A DNA stretch of 64,000 nt from Glaucostegus cemiculus. Lineage: Eukaryota. Below are positions 53,401-63,269 of this stretch, one piece after another. Made by a program: the position numbers and the translations under genes. Location: assembly GCA_976551045.1 (NCBI GenBank), contig CDPCPM010000044.1:2356001-2420000 (forward strand), written 5' to 3'. Numbering within the stretch: position 1 is the stretch's first letter; each line of letters starts with the position of its first letter. The notes under the pieces were generated by a model, which had not been told where the DNA came from, searched no databases, and saw nothing but the letters and a program-made list of their open reading frames with translations.

Positions 53401-56065
53401 CACTCAGAACTGCCGAAAAACATGGCCAACGGAAGTGATGTCATTCTCCTGCCGGAATTCCCGCCTCCCGACATTATCGCGCAAGCTCGCACGCTTCCCC
53501 ATGGCTGCCGACAGTGTTTCGGACACCAGTAGCACGGGTCGCTACACCAGTACCAAATTGGTAATCACCCAAAAAAACAACTAAATTGGAACATTCTTGT
53601 TCGAAGAAACCATTCTTGTGATTTACTCCCTCAGTCTCATTAAAACCTATCTTGCACATTCCACAGACATGGGCAACTACTAGATATGCAGCAGAAATGT
53701 CGTTTGCCTACTGACCCTTAGAAATGTGGATGCTGTGGAGATGAGGTCAAAATGTGGTGAGGGGGAACAATCAGAAAAAGATGGAAGTGGAAGGAGGCAG
53801 TACACGGGCAGAGAAGAGGGGTCATTGGTGTACTCTTGACCCCAGAGATATCCCTACTCCCCTCCACACCCCCCCCCCACCCCAAGCATGGAGATGGTTG
53901 ATCACACCTTTGGATGCAGGAGGACCTAAGCCACCACAGTCAGCAATGGCGCTGATTCACAGAGGGGTCAATCTGTACTAAGGCCTGCCACAATGAGTTT
54001 TTATATTTTTTTTTACAAGGGATTTTACATAAAAATATATATCATCTGCTATTTTAAAATGCACCTAATTCATTACTTTCAGTGTTCTTATTGCATTATG
54101 AATTAATAACAAGGGTGACAAATTTTGATTCCATTTCTGTTGGTGAGTAATTAACGTGGCATCATCATGTGCACAAGGTGTGACAGGAAGGTGACACAGG
54201 CATTAGGGGGAATCATGACAGAAAGTGCCCTGTCCAATTTGCCAATGGGATGCACTTCAACATGAAGTGGATGCAAACACTTTTATGCAACTCCAAAACT
54301 TTGCCTTATGAACAATTTAGGCACAAAAAATGGGTGATAATGTGTTTCTTTCTGATCTAATTTCAGCCTCTTATTTTTCCATGCAAATATTTCTCGGCTT
54401 ACTGTTATATCTACATATAAACAAAATATTTTTTGCAAGTATTGGTACAAAAAACGTACAGTAGAAGCTATTGCCTCTTGCCAAGATTATTAAAGAGCAG
54501 CCATAGATTAATTAACTAACTGGACCACCATTTCAGATTTGTTAACACTGCAATATGGAAATTGTTGGATAATGTTCCATTGTTAGAAACAACTACATAT
54601 AGATGCTGAACTCCTTTAGCAATCATCAGGTTAATAAAGTTGTGTTTATTGGCAATGGCTGTGTATATTTCAGCTGTAAGAGAGTGTTTGGCAGGAATGC
54701 CTGCCTTTGCTATCCCAGTTTTTCTGTGTACTAGTCAAAGGCTTTTGTTTTGATTAAAACAGGGCCCGGATGGATTGCCGATGCCAGGATGTTGGCAGAA
54801 GGTAAGGAATGCCTGACAATTTTGAGTTAGTTTAAGAGAGATAAACAATTGTACATTAACCACAATTATCATATTACAACCATTACTTCTATTATTCCTA
54901 TTACCTATCGTTTTGGAGAAGATTTCACTGTTCAAAATCATAGTGAGGATTGTAAGTACCAGTTTAGATGTACTGCAGTCGATTCTGTTCTGTAATGTTA
55001 ATGTGGCTGTAAGTTCCCCAAAGAGAGGTTGATCCCTTCACCATTCTGTTAACACCACTGAACAGATGGGTGACATTTTTAAAGAAGTCTCTCACCATGA
55101 TGCTGGAGAACCTCCCTGAAACAGACAGCAGCAACTTTCCAGTGAAAACAGGATCCCAATGACATAGTTTTTGTCCCCTGACTACATTTCCAAGAAATGT
55201 GAGTGGATATTGTGTAACAAACATATAGTCCATGTGTTCCAGTCCAGAAATAGCAGGAAAATAATCTTTGCTGTTCTTGGAGAGCTGGAAGGAGCCTTCA
55301 TGTGTGGCTCACCAGTCAGTAGCACCATGACTGTGCGTCCCAGAACGCTGCACTACCACTTGCTTTTTCCCCACATGCACCCTTGATAAGAATAATCCAT
55401 TGAGACTTTGCCCATACTTGACATTAACAGAGCTGAAAGTATGGAGGTACAGGCCAGTACGGTGCACCATTGGGAAAGTGGTTGTTGCAGTTAATGCAAG
55501 TGGGTTAAATCAACAATGTTAGCAATGTGACTGTCCCCTGAATGTTAATGGTGACTCGGAAATTCCTCAGAGTACCTTCCTCTCTATCAGCACATTAAAC
55601 TGTGACAGGCTGTGGGGAAAGCACAAGACACCAGAATTGACACAAGGCAGTTCTTGAAAGGATGTGAGGGCAGGTGGAGATTACAAAGATAGGAATTTTA
55701 GAGGACTTTGCTTTAAAATCAAAACGTTGGTGGATCAACTACCATGTAATCTTTCTCTGAGTGCAAGGCTTTCAGTTAGACACAGTTCTGTCGAAATGCT
55801 ACCAGAATATGACACCCTTGAAGTAGCAGCCACACATGTGTGGCATACAGCTATATAATTAGAAGCCAATTTGGCTTGTTTGGGAAGTGAGTGATGTAGT
55901 TGCTCAATTTTTAAGCCAACATTTTGGAATCATTTTATTTGAAACCATTTTTGTTTGCTCACCTCATAATATGTGTTGGTCAATAAAAATGAATTATTTA
56001 TAATCACTAATCTTCTAATGTATGTTTTACTTAACATTTGTGTGTCTTTGTTTATTTTGCAGTGA
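2448..56065 (+). CDS. COL25A1: Collagen XXV alpha 1 (CLAC-P), 3' part of a spliced multi-exon CDS; the 5' exons lie upstream of the window
   Basis: Splicing of phase-0 GT-AG exons gives ...[40 protein letters not shown]...GLDAPC(P/Q)[14 protein letters not shown]. The [22 protein letters not shown] linker and the [13 protein letters not shown] terminus match recalled COL25A1 better than the paralogs COL13A1 and COL23A1. Confidence 0.92.
2591..2668 (+). CDS. COL25A1: Exon B, 78 nt, [26 protein letters not shown] (helix into non-collagenous linker)
   Basis: tttcag|GGT...CAG|gtgagt; MACIT linker motif. Confidence 0.95.
5335..5358 (+). CDS. COL25A1: Micro-exon C, 24 nt, RITTLTVT
   Basis: Pyrimidine tract then aaacag|AGGATCACCACCTTAACTGTCACG|gtaatt; completes the linker as recalled for COL25A1. 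Confidence 0.9.
5763..5807 (+). CDS. COL25A1: Exon D, 45 nt, [15 protein letters not shown]
   Basis: catcag|GGT...AAG|gtagga. Confidence 0.93.
7116..7160 (+). CDS. COL25A1: Exon E, 45 nt, [15 protein letters not shown]
   Basis: ttacag|GGA...CAG|gtactg. Confidence 0.92.
7276..7347 (+). CDS. COL25A1: Exon F, 72 nt, [24 protein letters not shown]
   Basis: tttcag|GGC...TCT|gtaagt. Confidence 0.93.
8307..8455. other. Assembly gap (149 N) in intron F-G
   Basis: Run of n. Confidence 0.99.
9500..9730 (+). mobile_element. DeuSINE (AmnSINE1/SacSINE1-like) fragment
   Basis: Degenerate Deu domain: ttggaggttctgctctttcatggagaaacattaaa...caagtggacgttaacgatc. Confidence 0.45.
9812..9883 (+). CDS. COL25A1: Exon G, 72 nt, [24 protein letters not shown]
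   Basis: ctgcag|GGT...TCT|gtaagt. Confidence 0.93.
10445..10750 (+). mobile_element. 3' end of a LINE (Rex1/Babar-like) with a (GATTCT)n tail
   Basis: AT-rich UTR, then gacaataaaaact and gattctgattctgattctga. Confidence 0.5.
10885..11020 (+). mobile_element. CR1 3' tail fragment
   Basis: aggtacatggatagg...gggcaaatgggactag...gggcctgtttccatgct, similar to the tail at 27915-28020. Confidence 0.65.
13150..13930 (+). mobile_element. Degenerate CR1 LINE ORF2 fragments
   Basis: [17 protein letters not shown] and [13 protein letters not shown] motifs, with stops and frameshifts. Confidence 0.75.
14150..14685 (+). mobile_element. Old L2-like LINE 3' end
   Basis: Tail gtaaggcacattgggacattttgttgcacaagaagcacttatataaatg resembles the L2/DeuSINE 3' terminus. 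Confidence 0.4.
14690..14885. mobile_element. Penelope-derived palindromic element with hammerhead-like cores
   Basis: Inverted arms gctggaggtactcag...ttaacatttcagatcaatgatctttcatcag and ctgataataggtcattggcctcaaacattaac...cagatgctgcctgacctgct. Confidence 0.65.
15059..15109 (+). CDS. COL25A1: Exon H, 51 nt, [17 protein letters not shown] (GSS-IA-G helix imperfection at the junction)
   Basis: gtacag|ATT...ATG|gtaagt; corresponds to the recalled GPS-II-GPP interruption of COL25A1. Confidence 0.9.
15590..16710 (+). mobile_element. Degenerate CR1 LINE ORF2 (RT region)
   Basis: [44 protein letters not shown]-like and QGSVLDP-like motifs; many indels. Confidence 0.85.
17947..18112 (+). mobile_element. 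V-SINE (HE1-like), 5'-truncated, young
   Basis: V-domain gtgtctgcgtgggtttcctccgggtgctccggtttcctcccaca, CR1-type tail gggcctgttaccacgctgtaaataaaattttaaaaaaa. Confidence 0.85.
18935..18961 (+). CDS. COL25A1: Exon I, 27 nt, GPHGLPGPK
   Basis: caacag|GGA...AAG|gtaaat. Confidence 0.92.
20340..20600 (+). mobile_element. Old CR1 3' fragment
   Basis: ttttaacgcagcaaattgttgtgatttagaa...ttcaaaaaggatttggaca...atgggccaaatgg. Confidence 0.5.
22353..22433 (+). CDS. COL25A1: Exon J, 81 nt, [27 protein letters not shown]
   Basis: atttag|GGT...CCA|gtaagt. Confidence 0.93.
24660..25755 (+). mobile_element. Degenerate CR1 LINE 3' portion
   Basis: [13 protein letters not shown] and [10 protein letters not shown] (SKFADDTK) motifs; tail ttcttatgttcttatg. 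Confidence 0.8.
26905..28040 (+). mobile_element. Young CR1 LINE, 5'-truncated, RT C-terminal half plus 3' tail; one frameshift near 27240
   Basis: [47 protein letters not shown]; tail ctatgttctatgttcta. Confidence 0.95.
29501..31099 (-). mobile_element. CR1 LINE (second subfamily), internally deleted
   Basis: [51 protein letters not shown]; tail near 29505. Confidence 0.92.
32121..32156 (+). CDS. COL25A1: Exon K, 36 nt, [12 protein letters not shown]
   Basis: atgcag|GGT...CGG|gtgagt. Confidence 0.92.
32901..32969. repeat. Perfect 22-bp tandem repeat x3 (CAATGCATGCATCAGGCACTCA)
   Basis: Units at 32901, 32923 and 32945, plus a partial caa. Confidence 0.97.
33202..33255 (+). CDS. COL25A1: Exon L, 54 nt, [18 protein letters not shown]
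   Basis: ttcaaag|GGT...AGA|gtaagt (AAG acceptor). Confidence 0.92.
34170..34570 (-). mobile_element. LINE APE-endonuclease fragment (CR1/L2 group), degenerate
   Basis: [31 protein letters not shown] and [12 protein letters not shown] in shifted frames. Confidence 0.7.
36058..36111 (+). CDS. COL25A1: Exon M, 54 nt, [18 protein letters not shown]
   Basis: tttcag|GGC...CCT|gtaagt. Confidence 0.93.
36660..36920 (-). mobile_element. DeuSINE (SacSINE1/AmnSINE1-like)
   Basis: Reverse complement of the Deu domain (cagctcttcctcaaaacactgccttggaatctttgacatcaacctgagag) and tail acttttgaagtgtagtcactg. Confidence 0.65.
37690..38270 (-). mobile_element. Fossil Myb/SANT-like (trihelix) gene of a PIF/Harbinger transposon
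   Basis: Minus strand reads [21 protein letters not shown] and [10 protein letters not shown]; after an acceptor near 37786 it reads [12 protein letters not shown]; stops present. Confidence 0.5.
38730..39300 (-). mobile_element. Old CR1 3' fragments
   Basis: gggcaggagcaggtcatcagccctttgagcc tail; [11 protein letters not shown] (RT C-terminal region). Confidence 0.6.
39430..39925. repeat. GA-rich low-complexity degenerate repeat (gagaggactgtggg-like units)
   Basis: Recurrent gaggactgtggg/gattgtggg units with strong purine bias. Confidence 0.65.
41693..41719 (+). CDS. COL25A1: Exon N, 27 nt, GIDGDPGLD
   Basis: tgatag|GGC...GAT|gtaagt. Confidence 0.9.
42095..42448 (+). mobile_element. Old V-SINE, near full length
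   Basis: tRNA-like head gtgctgctgactcacag...gacccgagtttcatcct, V-domain cgtgggttccc...ccagtttcctccca, CR1-type tail. Confidence 0.7.
42655..42699 (+). CDS. COL25A1: Exon O, 45 nt, [15 protein letters not shown]
   Basis: tttcag|GGT...AAG|gtgacg. Confidence 0.92.
43472..43976 (-). mobile_element. CR1 LINE 3' end, same subfamily as 26905-28040
   Basis: [26 protein letters not shown]...[11 protein letters not shown] open frame; the tail has an internal deletion. Confidence 0.93.
47092..47178 (+). CDS. COL25A1: Alternative exon P, 87 nt, [29 protein letters not shown]
   Basis: ccgcag|GGG...TTG|gtatgt; ends in the first half of the C-terminal NC domain. Confidence 0.92.
47797..47874 (+). CDS. 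COL25A1: Alternative exon Q, 78 nt, [26 protein letters not shown]
   Basis: aaacag|GGA...TTG|gtacag; paralogous to exon P. Confidence 0.9.
50535..50760 (+). mobile_element. Old CR1 3' fragment
   Basis: ctttacccagatggtgatggatctttgaat...gagattgatagatttttaga. Confidence 0.5.
51570..53050 (-). mobile_element. RTE (BovB-like) LINE, degenerate RT and C-terminal region
   Basis: Minus-strand remnants of KAF, G.P.KF, GCVIA, KILQIH, NRLPK and ..FKHVLKA motifs. Confidence 0.65.
53311..53546 (-). mobile_element. Short solo LTR (Gypsy-like), CpG-rich
   Basis: TG...CA ends with inverted TGTAGC/GCTACA; minus-strand AATAAA (53374-53379) about 65 nt from the 3' end; no clean TSD (gtag/ccag). Confidence 0.65.
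54763..54801 (+). CDS. COL25A1: Exon R, 39 nt, [13 protein letters not shown] (C-terminal NC domain)
   Basis: aaacag|GGC...AAG|gtaagg. Confidence 0.95.
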
Positions 56066-59000
56066 TGAGTCTAACACGAAAGCATGAAGTTTGTATATAA
56101 TGCTCCATATTTTGTATTTATATAGTTGTAATGGCTTAAAAAGGTCAAGAAAATGTTCGCACATAGCTGCTTCTACTTCTTTATAGTAAGAAGTTACACA
56201 TCATACATTGACTGACAGAACAGTTCTGTCAGCGACTCATCGTGTTAAAAAGAAACAATGTGGGAATGTTGTTCACCAGTGCTCCCTGTGAGCTCTGTCT
56301 CACCATGTGTATTTTGCATGGGCAAGTGCCATTGATACTTTTCAGACCAAGTTCCATCATGTAATTGTGACCAAATAGACTAAAGCAGATCAATAATGTG
56401 GAATGTCATTGGTTGTTTCCATTGTAAATAACTTGGTCATTGCTTACAGTCTCCAACTAAAGTCCCATCACTGATTTTCTGATGTCGTATCTGTTCTAAA
56501 AAGAAGTGCATGAAACATTTGAACAGTGCTAGATGTGTGACCACTTCAAACACAAACGTTCTGTGCAATCAGACCTGTGGCCAAGGCCTCTGAACTGTCT
56601 TTTTTCTTTCTCCATCTAAAGGGAGGAAACCCCTGGCTCATTGCCAGAAAGAAATAATTGAAATGCAGAGGAAAAGGGGTTTGAATTTGCAAAAAAAAAT
56701 TGCCTAACCTTCTGTTGTTCAACATCCTGTGTTGTGGATGAAGTAACCATGGCAGCATCAGTTTATTTTTTGTTTTGTGCAAGCCAGCTCAAGTGGATGG
56801 CAGAGTGACTGAGTTCATAATTCAGTGCTCCAAGGGCTAGTCCTTGGCTATTGCGCAGACAGTGAGCACTGGCAGCATTGTGTGGCCAGGCTACAGCATG
56901 TTTTTCATTCAGAGGATTTGGAAGTACAAGTGGATTTAAAGGATTCCATAAAGGAACAAGGGACTCTTCCTTATGGAGCAGAGAGGTGTCAATCCTGAAT
57001 GAGACAAAAAAAGGAAATAGCTTTTGACTGAGGTTGGACACTGGCCGCAAGATTGTTCAACCCAAGTGGGAAATTTAAACTGGCTCCAATGGATGATTTG
57101 GAGTTGACTTTGAATTGAAAGGATTTAGTATCGCACATCTAAAGCATCTTGTAAGGCACTTTGCTGCTGTTGCCAAACAGTGAAGAGATGCTGAAGGTAT
57201 TATGCATGACAATTAGGAAGACTCCAGCATGGAAGAACAAGGGTGTTTGGATTTTAATTGCAAAGCTCTCTGAAGCATATGACCCAGAAGCTTTTGTTTA
57301 ATGCATCGACAACAAAAACCTTTTGTGCCTCAACTATTGAATACTTTATACATTTGTCTTTCATAATATAAATGCAAGACCCTATTTAAAGGAAATGTTT
57401 CCATTTGAGGCATTTTGTGATAACCTTTACTCAACTATTAATTTTAATGGTGTGTTCTATAATGTCTCTAGCACTCAGTTGCTGTGGACATAACTTTTGT
57501 TTTGATTCAAGACAGGTCTTCCTGCAGAGTCTTTTACAGAGTCCCCTTTGCGCTGACACTGCTATGTAGGCAGTTTAACTTTTGTGGAATCTTGCATACT
57601 TTTTTATTGAGCAACTGCTCCTACTGATTTAAAGCTTGACATCAACCCTGTATTACGTTTAAGTCCATATCCTTTTGTTGGATCCAGCATACGGCATCTC
57701 ACATGGTTATTACTGCCCAATCGTGTATGAGAAAACCTGGGCCTTAAGTGGTCCAGAAGTTTCTGAGATGGAAAGCAGGCACAGAAAGCCTTGCTGTTTA
57801 TTCAAGAAAAATCCTTCTTCTTCTTAGTATTTGCATTTTATGAGGATAGAAATCCCAAAAGTGGTATTTCATCCCTTGTGTATTAATGTTACTCAAGCAT
57901 TAGTCATTTAACTTGCAGGTATATCCTGATATTGAGCTCTGTAAAAATACGTGATCCCTCTCGAAGCCAATGGGTGTATTGCTCCTCTTTTCCCATCATT
58001 TTTTACTAAATATTGACCCCCCAGTCCTATTACTTTTTAATGAACTGTTGAATAATATGTCCATTGAAAGTATCTTATGTCAACTCCAACAAGAGGATAG
58101 TGACTCACATCCTACTATATTGTAGCATCTACTTTGCTTTAAATGATGTGGCCAAAAGTTGAGGCAACCGTATGTTGTTAATGCTAAGACCAAGTCCTCA
58201 TGATGTCGCCAACATCACGACGCTGCTTTAGTTGCAAATGGTTTATATCTTTTGATATATGCTCAGTATGAATTATGTGTCGTTATTATGTATAAAATGT
58301 CAGTTACGTTTTATTACCTAACTTTAACCATTCCGCATGTTCCTAGAGCGTTTTAATGTAAAATGCACAGTCACGACAGTGGTTCATCAAACCAGCATTT
58401 TTTTTTAAGTGTCAGATGAAGGGAATATTTTATGCAAGCTTTCTTGTTTTATATATAAATATATATATTTGGTGGTTGTTGTCCTGTTTAAAGCCTCAAA
58501 TGCACAAATGAACTGCTGTTAATTCACATTAATACATTCTTCAGGTTTTTCCTGAATTAACTTCACATCACACTGCAAAGTAGCTGAGTTTATGTTGCAA
58601 ACAACCTGGCTGAGGAAAAAAAGAGTTGGGAATATTTCTGGTGCAGACTTTCTATTTTGTTTTTACTTAAACTCTCATGCATGGAATCATTTTGCTGCCT
58701 GGTTCTCTAAGCAGAATGGTGTGAAATTTACCTAAATAGTGTTATACGTCAATCCTCAGTACTTTCCTTTCCCTAAAATTTGCCAAGTTGTTCCCATGTG
58801 TTTGTCAAATGTCCCCCTCAGTTATATTAAAGTTTGAAATAATAGTCAACATAAAGATCAAATGAGGAGTATTGGGTTCTCAGTCTTTTCCTTGGAGAAT
58901 AATGCATGTAATTCTCTTTTCATGTGCCAACAGACAGCAAGGCAAAAAATAAATGAATAAATGAGGGCAAAAGATCATCCTTGCTGTTTGATTGAATTAG

Positions 59001-62000
59001 ACAAATTGCCTCCCATTGTACTACTAGATTTGGCACAATAGTAAATCTAAAAATTCAATGAGAAGCACTATCATCTTGTCCTTGAACCGTAATGTATGTG
59101 TGCAACAGGTATTACACTTTTAATCCAGCAAGGCAGGATCTCAAGGCATCATTTGAGATTAATGCAGTTGAGGGGGTTCAGTCTTCTACTGTGTTCTCCT
59201 TGCTTTTCTGTTGAGCTTTCCCCAATCTGGCAATCTGATACAAGCAGAGGAGTTCTCTGATGATGGTTTTAAAGCAGTAAAAACATCCCCCTTTTTGTGT
59301 TCTGTTGCTCCAAAGATATTGCTTTATATTCTGAAAATTCCCACTATTTATTTCACTCTGTGTGCCATTTGACCTGATATATTTTTTCAGGCTGAGATAT
59401 CAACTTTAACAGAATTATGTATGCCCCACTCTCTTCAGTTTTTATGGTAACAATTCTTGTTAAACAATGTAAGTGCTATTACAGCTCTAATGGTCAGGTT
59501 TTATGTATTTACTGCTGAATGTGCCATCAAAGCAAAGGCATAGTACTTGCCTCTGGAGTGACAGTAAAATAACAGATCTTAATTCATAAATGCAAAGTAC
59601 AGTTCCAATGGTTTGAGCAGGCTACAGAGAGGTGGTTCATGTCCCAACTTACTGCTTATTGGAAAAGTATTCATTTTATTGAATCTGTGCTGGCAATTGT
59701 AGAAAATAATTATGTTTATGGAAATTAAGAAATATATAGTGATAAAAGAAAAATAATTGTAAGAAGTTTCCTAATAGTGTAGCCACTTTCACTGTCACCT
59801 GTCTAAAATTCCCTTATACTGCGCTACCATCTGTCTCAGTCTCATACCTGAACACCAGAGTACTCAAATATCCAAATATATGACACAGGGTTCTAATATC
59901 AATATAATAAATAACAGACAAAAGCAACATTTTGTAGTTGTTTCCTATTAAATGAAGTCTCCCTTGAAACAGTTTAATCTGAAAATCCCCAGAGCGTAAG
60001 GGAGATTTTTTCCTATCCTGCAGCATGGGAAGTAGATTTTCAAGATTCAGGGCAGAGGGAAAGAGGAGGAGAGCCATCATCGTAGCTCTGTACTCCCATT
60101 ATATTGCTCCGGTATTTCAGTATTTGGTTAGGTTATCTTCACAGGCTTGGAACAAAACCATGTCTAATATAATGAGTACCAAGAGGCAGGACAGCATGGT
60201 TCAAGTCCCTCAACTCATTCCTTGTAATTCTGTCCAGGCAAAGACATGAATATTTAGTGTATAGTTTTGCAATAAAACACTTAGTGTTGCTGCCTGCTCT
60301 CAGACATCTGCAGACCAGAGGATCTGTATGTGGATACAGCTGAAGGAAAATGCAGGCTTGTTACAAAGTCCTGGCATCTTTTCTAGCTTTCTGGCATTTA
60401 ATCATCAGATTAGATCTGCGGAAGGGCACGAGAGGAGACCACTGCAATTGCCCTCAGATCTTCCTGCATTTCTTACTCATTCTGCCCAATCAAGGAGCGG
60501 GATTGGATCTGGAGCTCTCCCTGGATAATTTGCGTAGTCCAGGTGCCTCCTCACAAGGGACGGTGCACCTTGGCTGTACTGTGTACTTGGCAGCCACTGG
60601 ACTGCCAAGTAGCAAACCCTTTATCATACAATGAATACTCATGGAGATAAGAAATAAGATTTGCCCCTGAAGGTTACACTGTGCTCAGAAGCATTACTTC
60701 CGCTTCAATTCTTTGTAAATTTTGGGGATAGGGAATGAAAACCATTATGCTCCCATTCAGTAAATTGTTTAAACTAGAGATGGATACATAAGCCTGCCCT
60801 ATGATAAAAATTTAAACATTCCTATGATGTAAAGTGACAGGGCAATCATTAGTAAACTATCCCTCAAATAGCTTACGAGTTGACCTCCTGTCAATTTACA
60901 CTCTACTGTTCTATACGTACCTGCCATTTAAAATTTACCCTTTCTTTTGTTCTGTCACATGAATGCCTGTGGAATGACACACTTCTATATTCCTTTAAAA
61001 ATCTTTTGGCAAACCCTTTCATTTGGGTCAATGATGAACACTTTTTAATCAATGTGCTCTAACTCTTTCCAAGTGCCTTCTCCAACAACAAAAGAAGTTG
61101 AAAATGCCCAGTCTGCAAAAGGAGCCAATGAGAAAAATGTCATTTTCTCCAGTCCTATCAAACCAGGGACACATGTAATGCTGTTTCCTACTGCTTGTAC
61201 TATGTCTTTGCAGGGAAGCCCTCTGCCCTAGCAGTGCAAGCATGTTATTGAAACATGTGCTTTGCTATAGTTGAATGTCATTTTGGTGAAATATTTAAAA
61301 TGAATGTGTTTTAATGTATTTTTGGTATATATAATATCGGCATGATTTTTATTTGCTTTCTTTTATTTTCACTGCATTTATTTTTACCACAGTTAATATA
61401 GTCTAAAAGACAGGACTTGTCACTATCTTTTGAATGTAACAGGAAATAAATGTCAGTTTTTAACTTAAGACAAGGTCACACCACTCCCTGCTACTTTGAG
61501 GTGAAGTTGGTGTTGTGTATTTGAGTGCAGCAGAGGCAGACATAAAAAGGTTAAAGTTGTGGCTCTTTGGTCATTTCAAAAGCAGCTTAATAAATTTAAC
61601 ATCTTGCTCTTTGTGTGGGTTGACTCTGATGGCATGATGAGGAATTGCATTATTAATTTGATTTTTATTCATTTTATATCATATATGACTTTTTTTCATT
61701 TTACATCAGTTGTGTTTTTGTATATTTCCAAAATGTTGTTTTAATATTAAGAAGTTGACCTTCAGAACTATTTTTACAAAATGCTTTTTTTGGCATAAAT
61801 TATATGTGACACTATTAATCACAGCCATCTCTTTTCTTTACTGGTATTACTGTTTTTATTCATTGTACAGCCTTCTGTAACTCACTGGAAAAAGTGAAGT
61901 ACACTCTTGTTTATCTGTTTTCTGCTGCTGGTTATTTCAATATTGTTGCATCAATCACAGGAATTGCAAGTGCTTATTTTTTTATAATATTCTGACCACT

Positions 62001-62800
62001 GTGTGGTCAGTTGTGCACAGTTTTTATTTTGTAGTGGCACATTAAGGAGTTATTTTTGTTTCGGCTCATATACTGGAGCAGCCTGCTCTAACTCTCTCAG
62101 GCTCAGTAGCTCCATTATCAATATTAGTCACTTGACAGGTGTGCATCACAGTAGATGCTATTGGCTGGATCACAAAATTTTCCAGTGCTATATTTGTGTT
62201 TTTATTCTCTTCGTTCAAATAACAAGGAAAAAAAATATAATGCTGGTGGCATTAGGCCAGAACAGCGATGGTCCATGCCACCTGCCATCTTACGGTCTTA
62301 TCCATGTGAGAACGTACATGACTGCTCTCAAAACTTTCTACTATTTTGTGTAGGTGCTATCCTGGCTCTGTACAACACAAGGTAGGGAGAGCGCAGAAAC
62401 CAGAACAAAGCAATTCATACAAGTAAGCTGAATTCATAGCCTGTCCAACTGTGTACCAGAGTCATTTGCCTTAACAGCACCATTCTCATGTTGTACAGAA
62501 AATCCTGCAGAGAAAACAGGTGCTATTATATCACCTTATGACTGATTTACATATTTAATCATAGCTGCAAGATAACAGGAAATTGCAAGTAGCTGAAACT
62601 TTTCATGGGAAGTTAAAACACTCAAGGTTTTCTTAAGTCAAATTGTATCGGTTTGTTCAAAGGAGAAAGAGTGTCATCAGTAGGGAATATGATTTTAACA
62701 GCAGTCAAAACATTAACATGTTTTTCAATTGTGAACCACACCAGTATGTTGGTCTTTTAATGGTATTGCCAGAATAAAAAAAAACATCTTGGTGTACCAA
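56063..62800 (+). other. COL25A1: Terminal exon: stop codon (TGA TGA) and long 3' UTR; the 3' end is uncertain
   Basis: Strong acceptor tctttgtttattttgcag|TGATGA; AU-rich and nearly free of recognisable repeats for about 6.7 kb; AATAAA at 58948, 58956, 60271, 61445, 61589 and 62773. Confidence 0.7.
61589..61625 (+). terminator. Candidate polyadenylation site
   Basis: AATAAA at 61589-61594 followed about 15-25 nt later by a GT/T-rich element (tctttgtgtgggtt). Confidence 0.45.
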
Positions 62801-63269
62801 ACTATTGTTTAATTAAATCATTTCTTTAAACTCCAACGTGGTCCGTACACACTGAGAAGTATTGAGTGGAATCACAAGCCAACCACATGCACCATTCACT
62901 TCATCTCTCCAACAACATCCCTGAGAATTTCTTCTCATGTACTTAAATTGAAGATCTTAACTACATAGACCATACTCAAAGTTGGGCAGTGGGGTCATAT
63001 TTTATTTGAGCGCACTCATAAATAAAGATTATTACAAGGCAAAAACATTCTTCTGCCTCCAAAGCACCAACTCCTTATCCTGCTGAAGGTCCTTTTGTTG
63101 CTAGCAGAGGGTTGGGTCATTTGGTGCTGTACCTGTGACTGAAGCCAATGTAACAAAGTGTCAATGTGAAGAGACCCTTTATTACCTGTGATCTGAGGAG
63201 GGAAGAAGCAGAAATGCCAGAGAAACATTGTTTAGTTTTCATTCTGATTTTAGGAGTCAGAAAGGCCAA

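Noticed and set aside
54940-55640. Possible old LINE endonuclease fragment (a similar trace lies at 20800-21620)
   Set aside because: Only scattered short similarities; boundaries and family cannot be supported by eye
2448-56065. Assignment to COL13A1 or COL23A1
   Set aside because: The linker [22 protein letters not shown] and the terminus [13 protein letters not shown] fit recalled COL25A1 better; reciprocal BLAST and synteny would settle it
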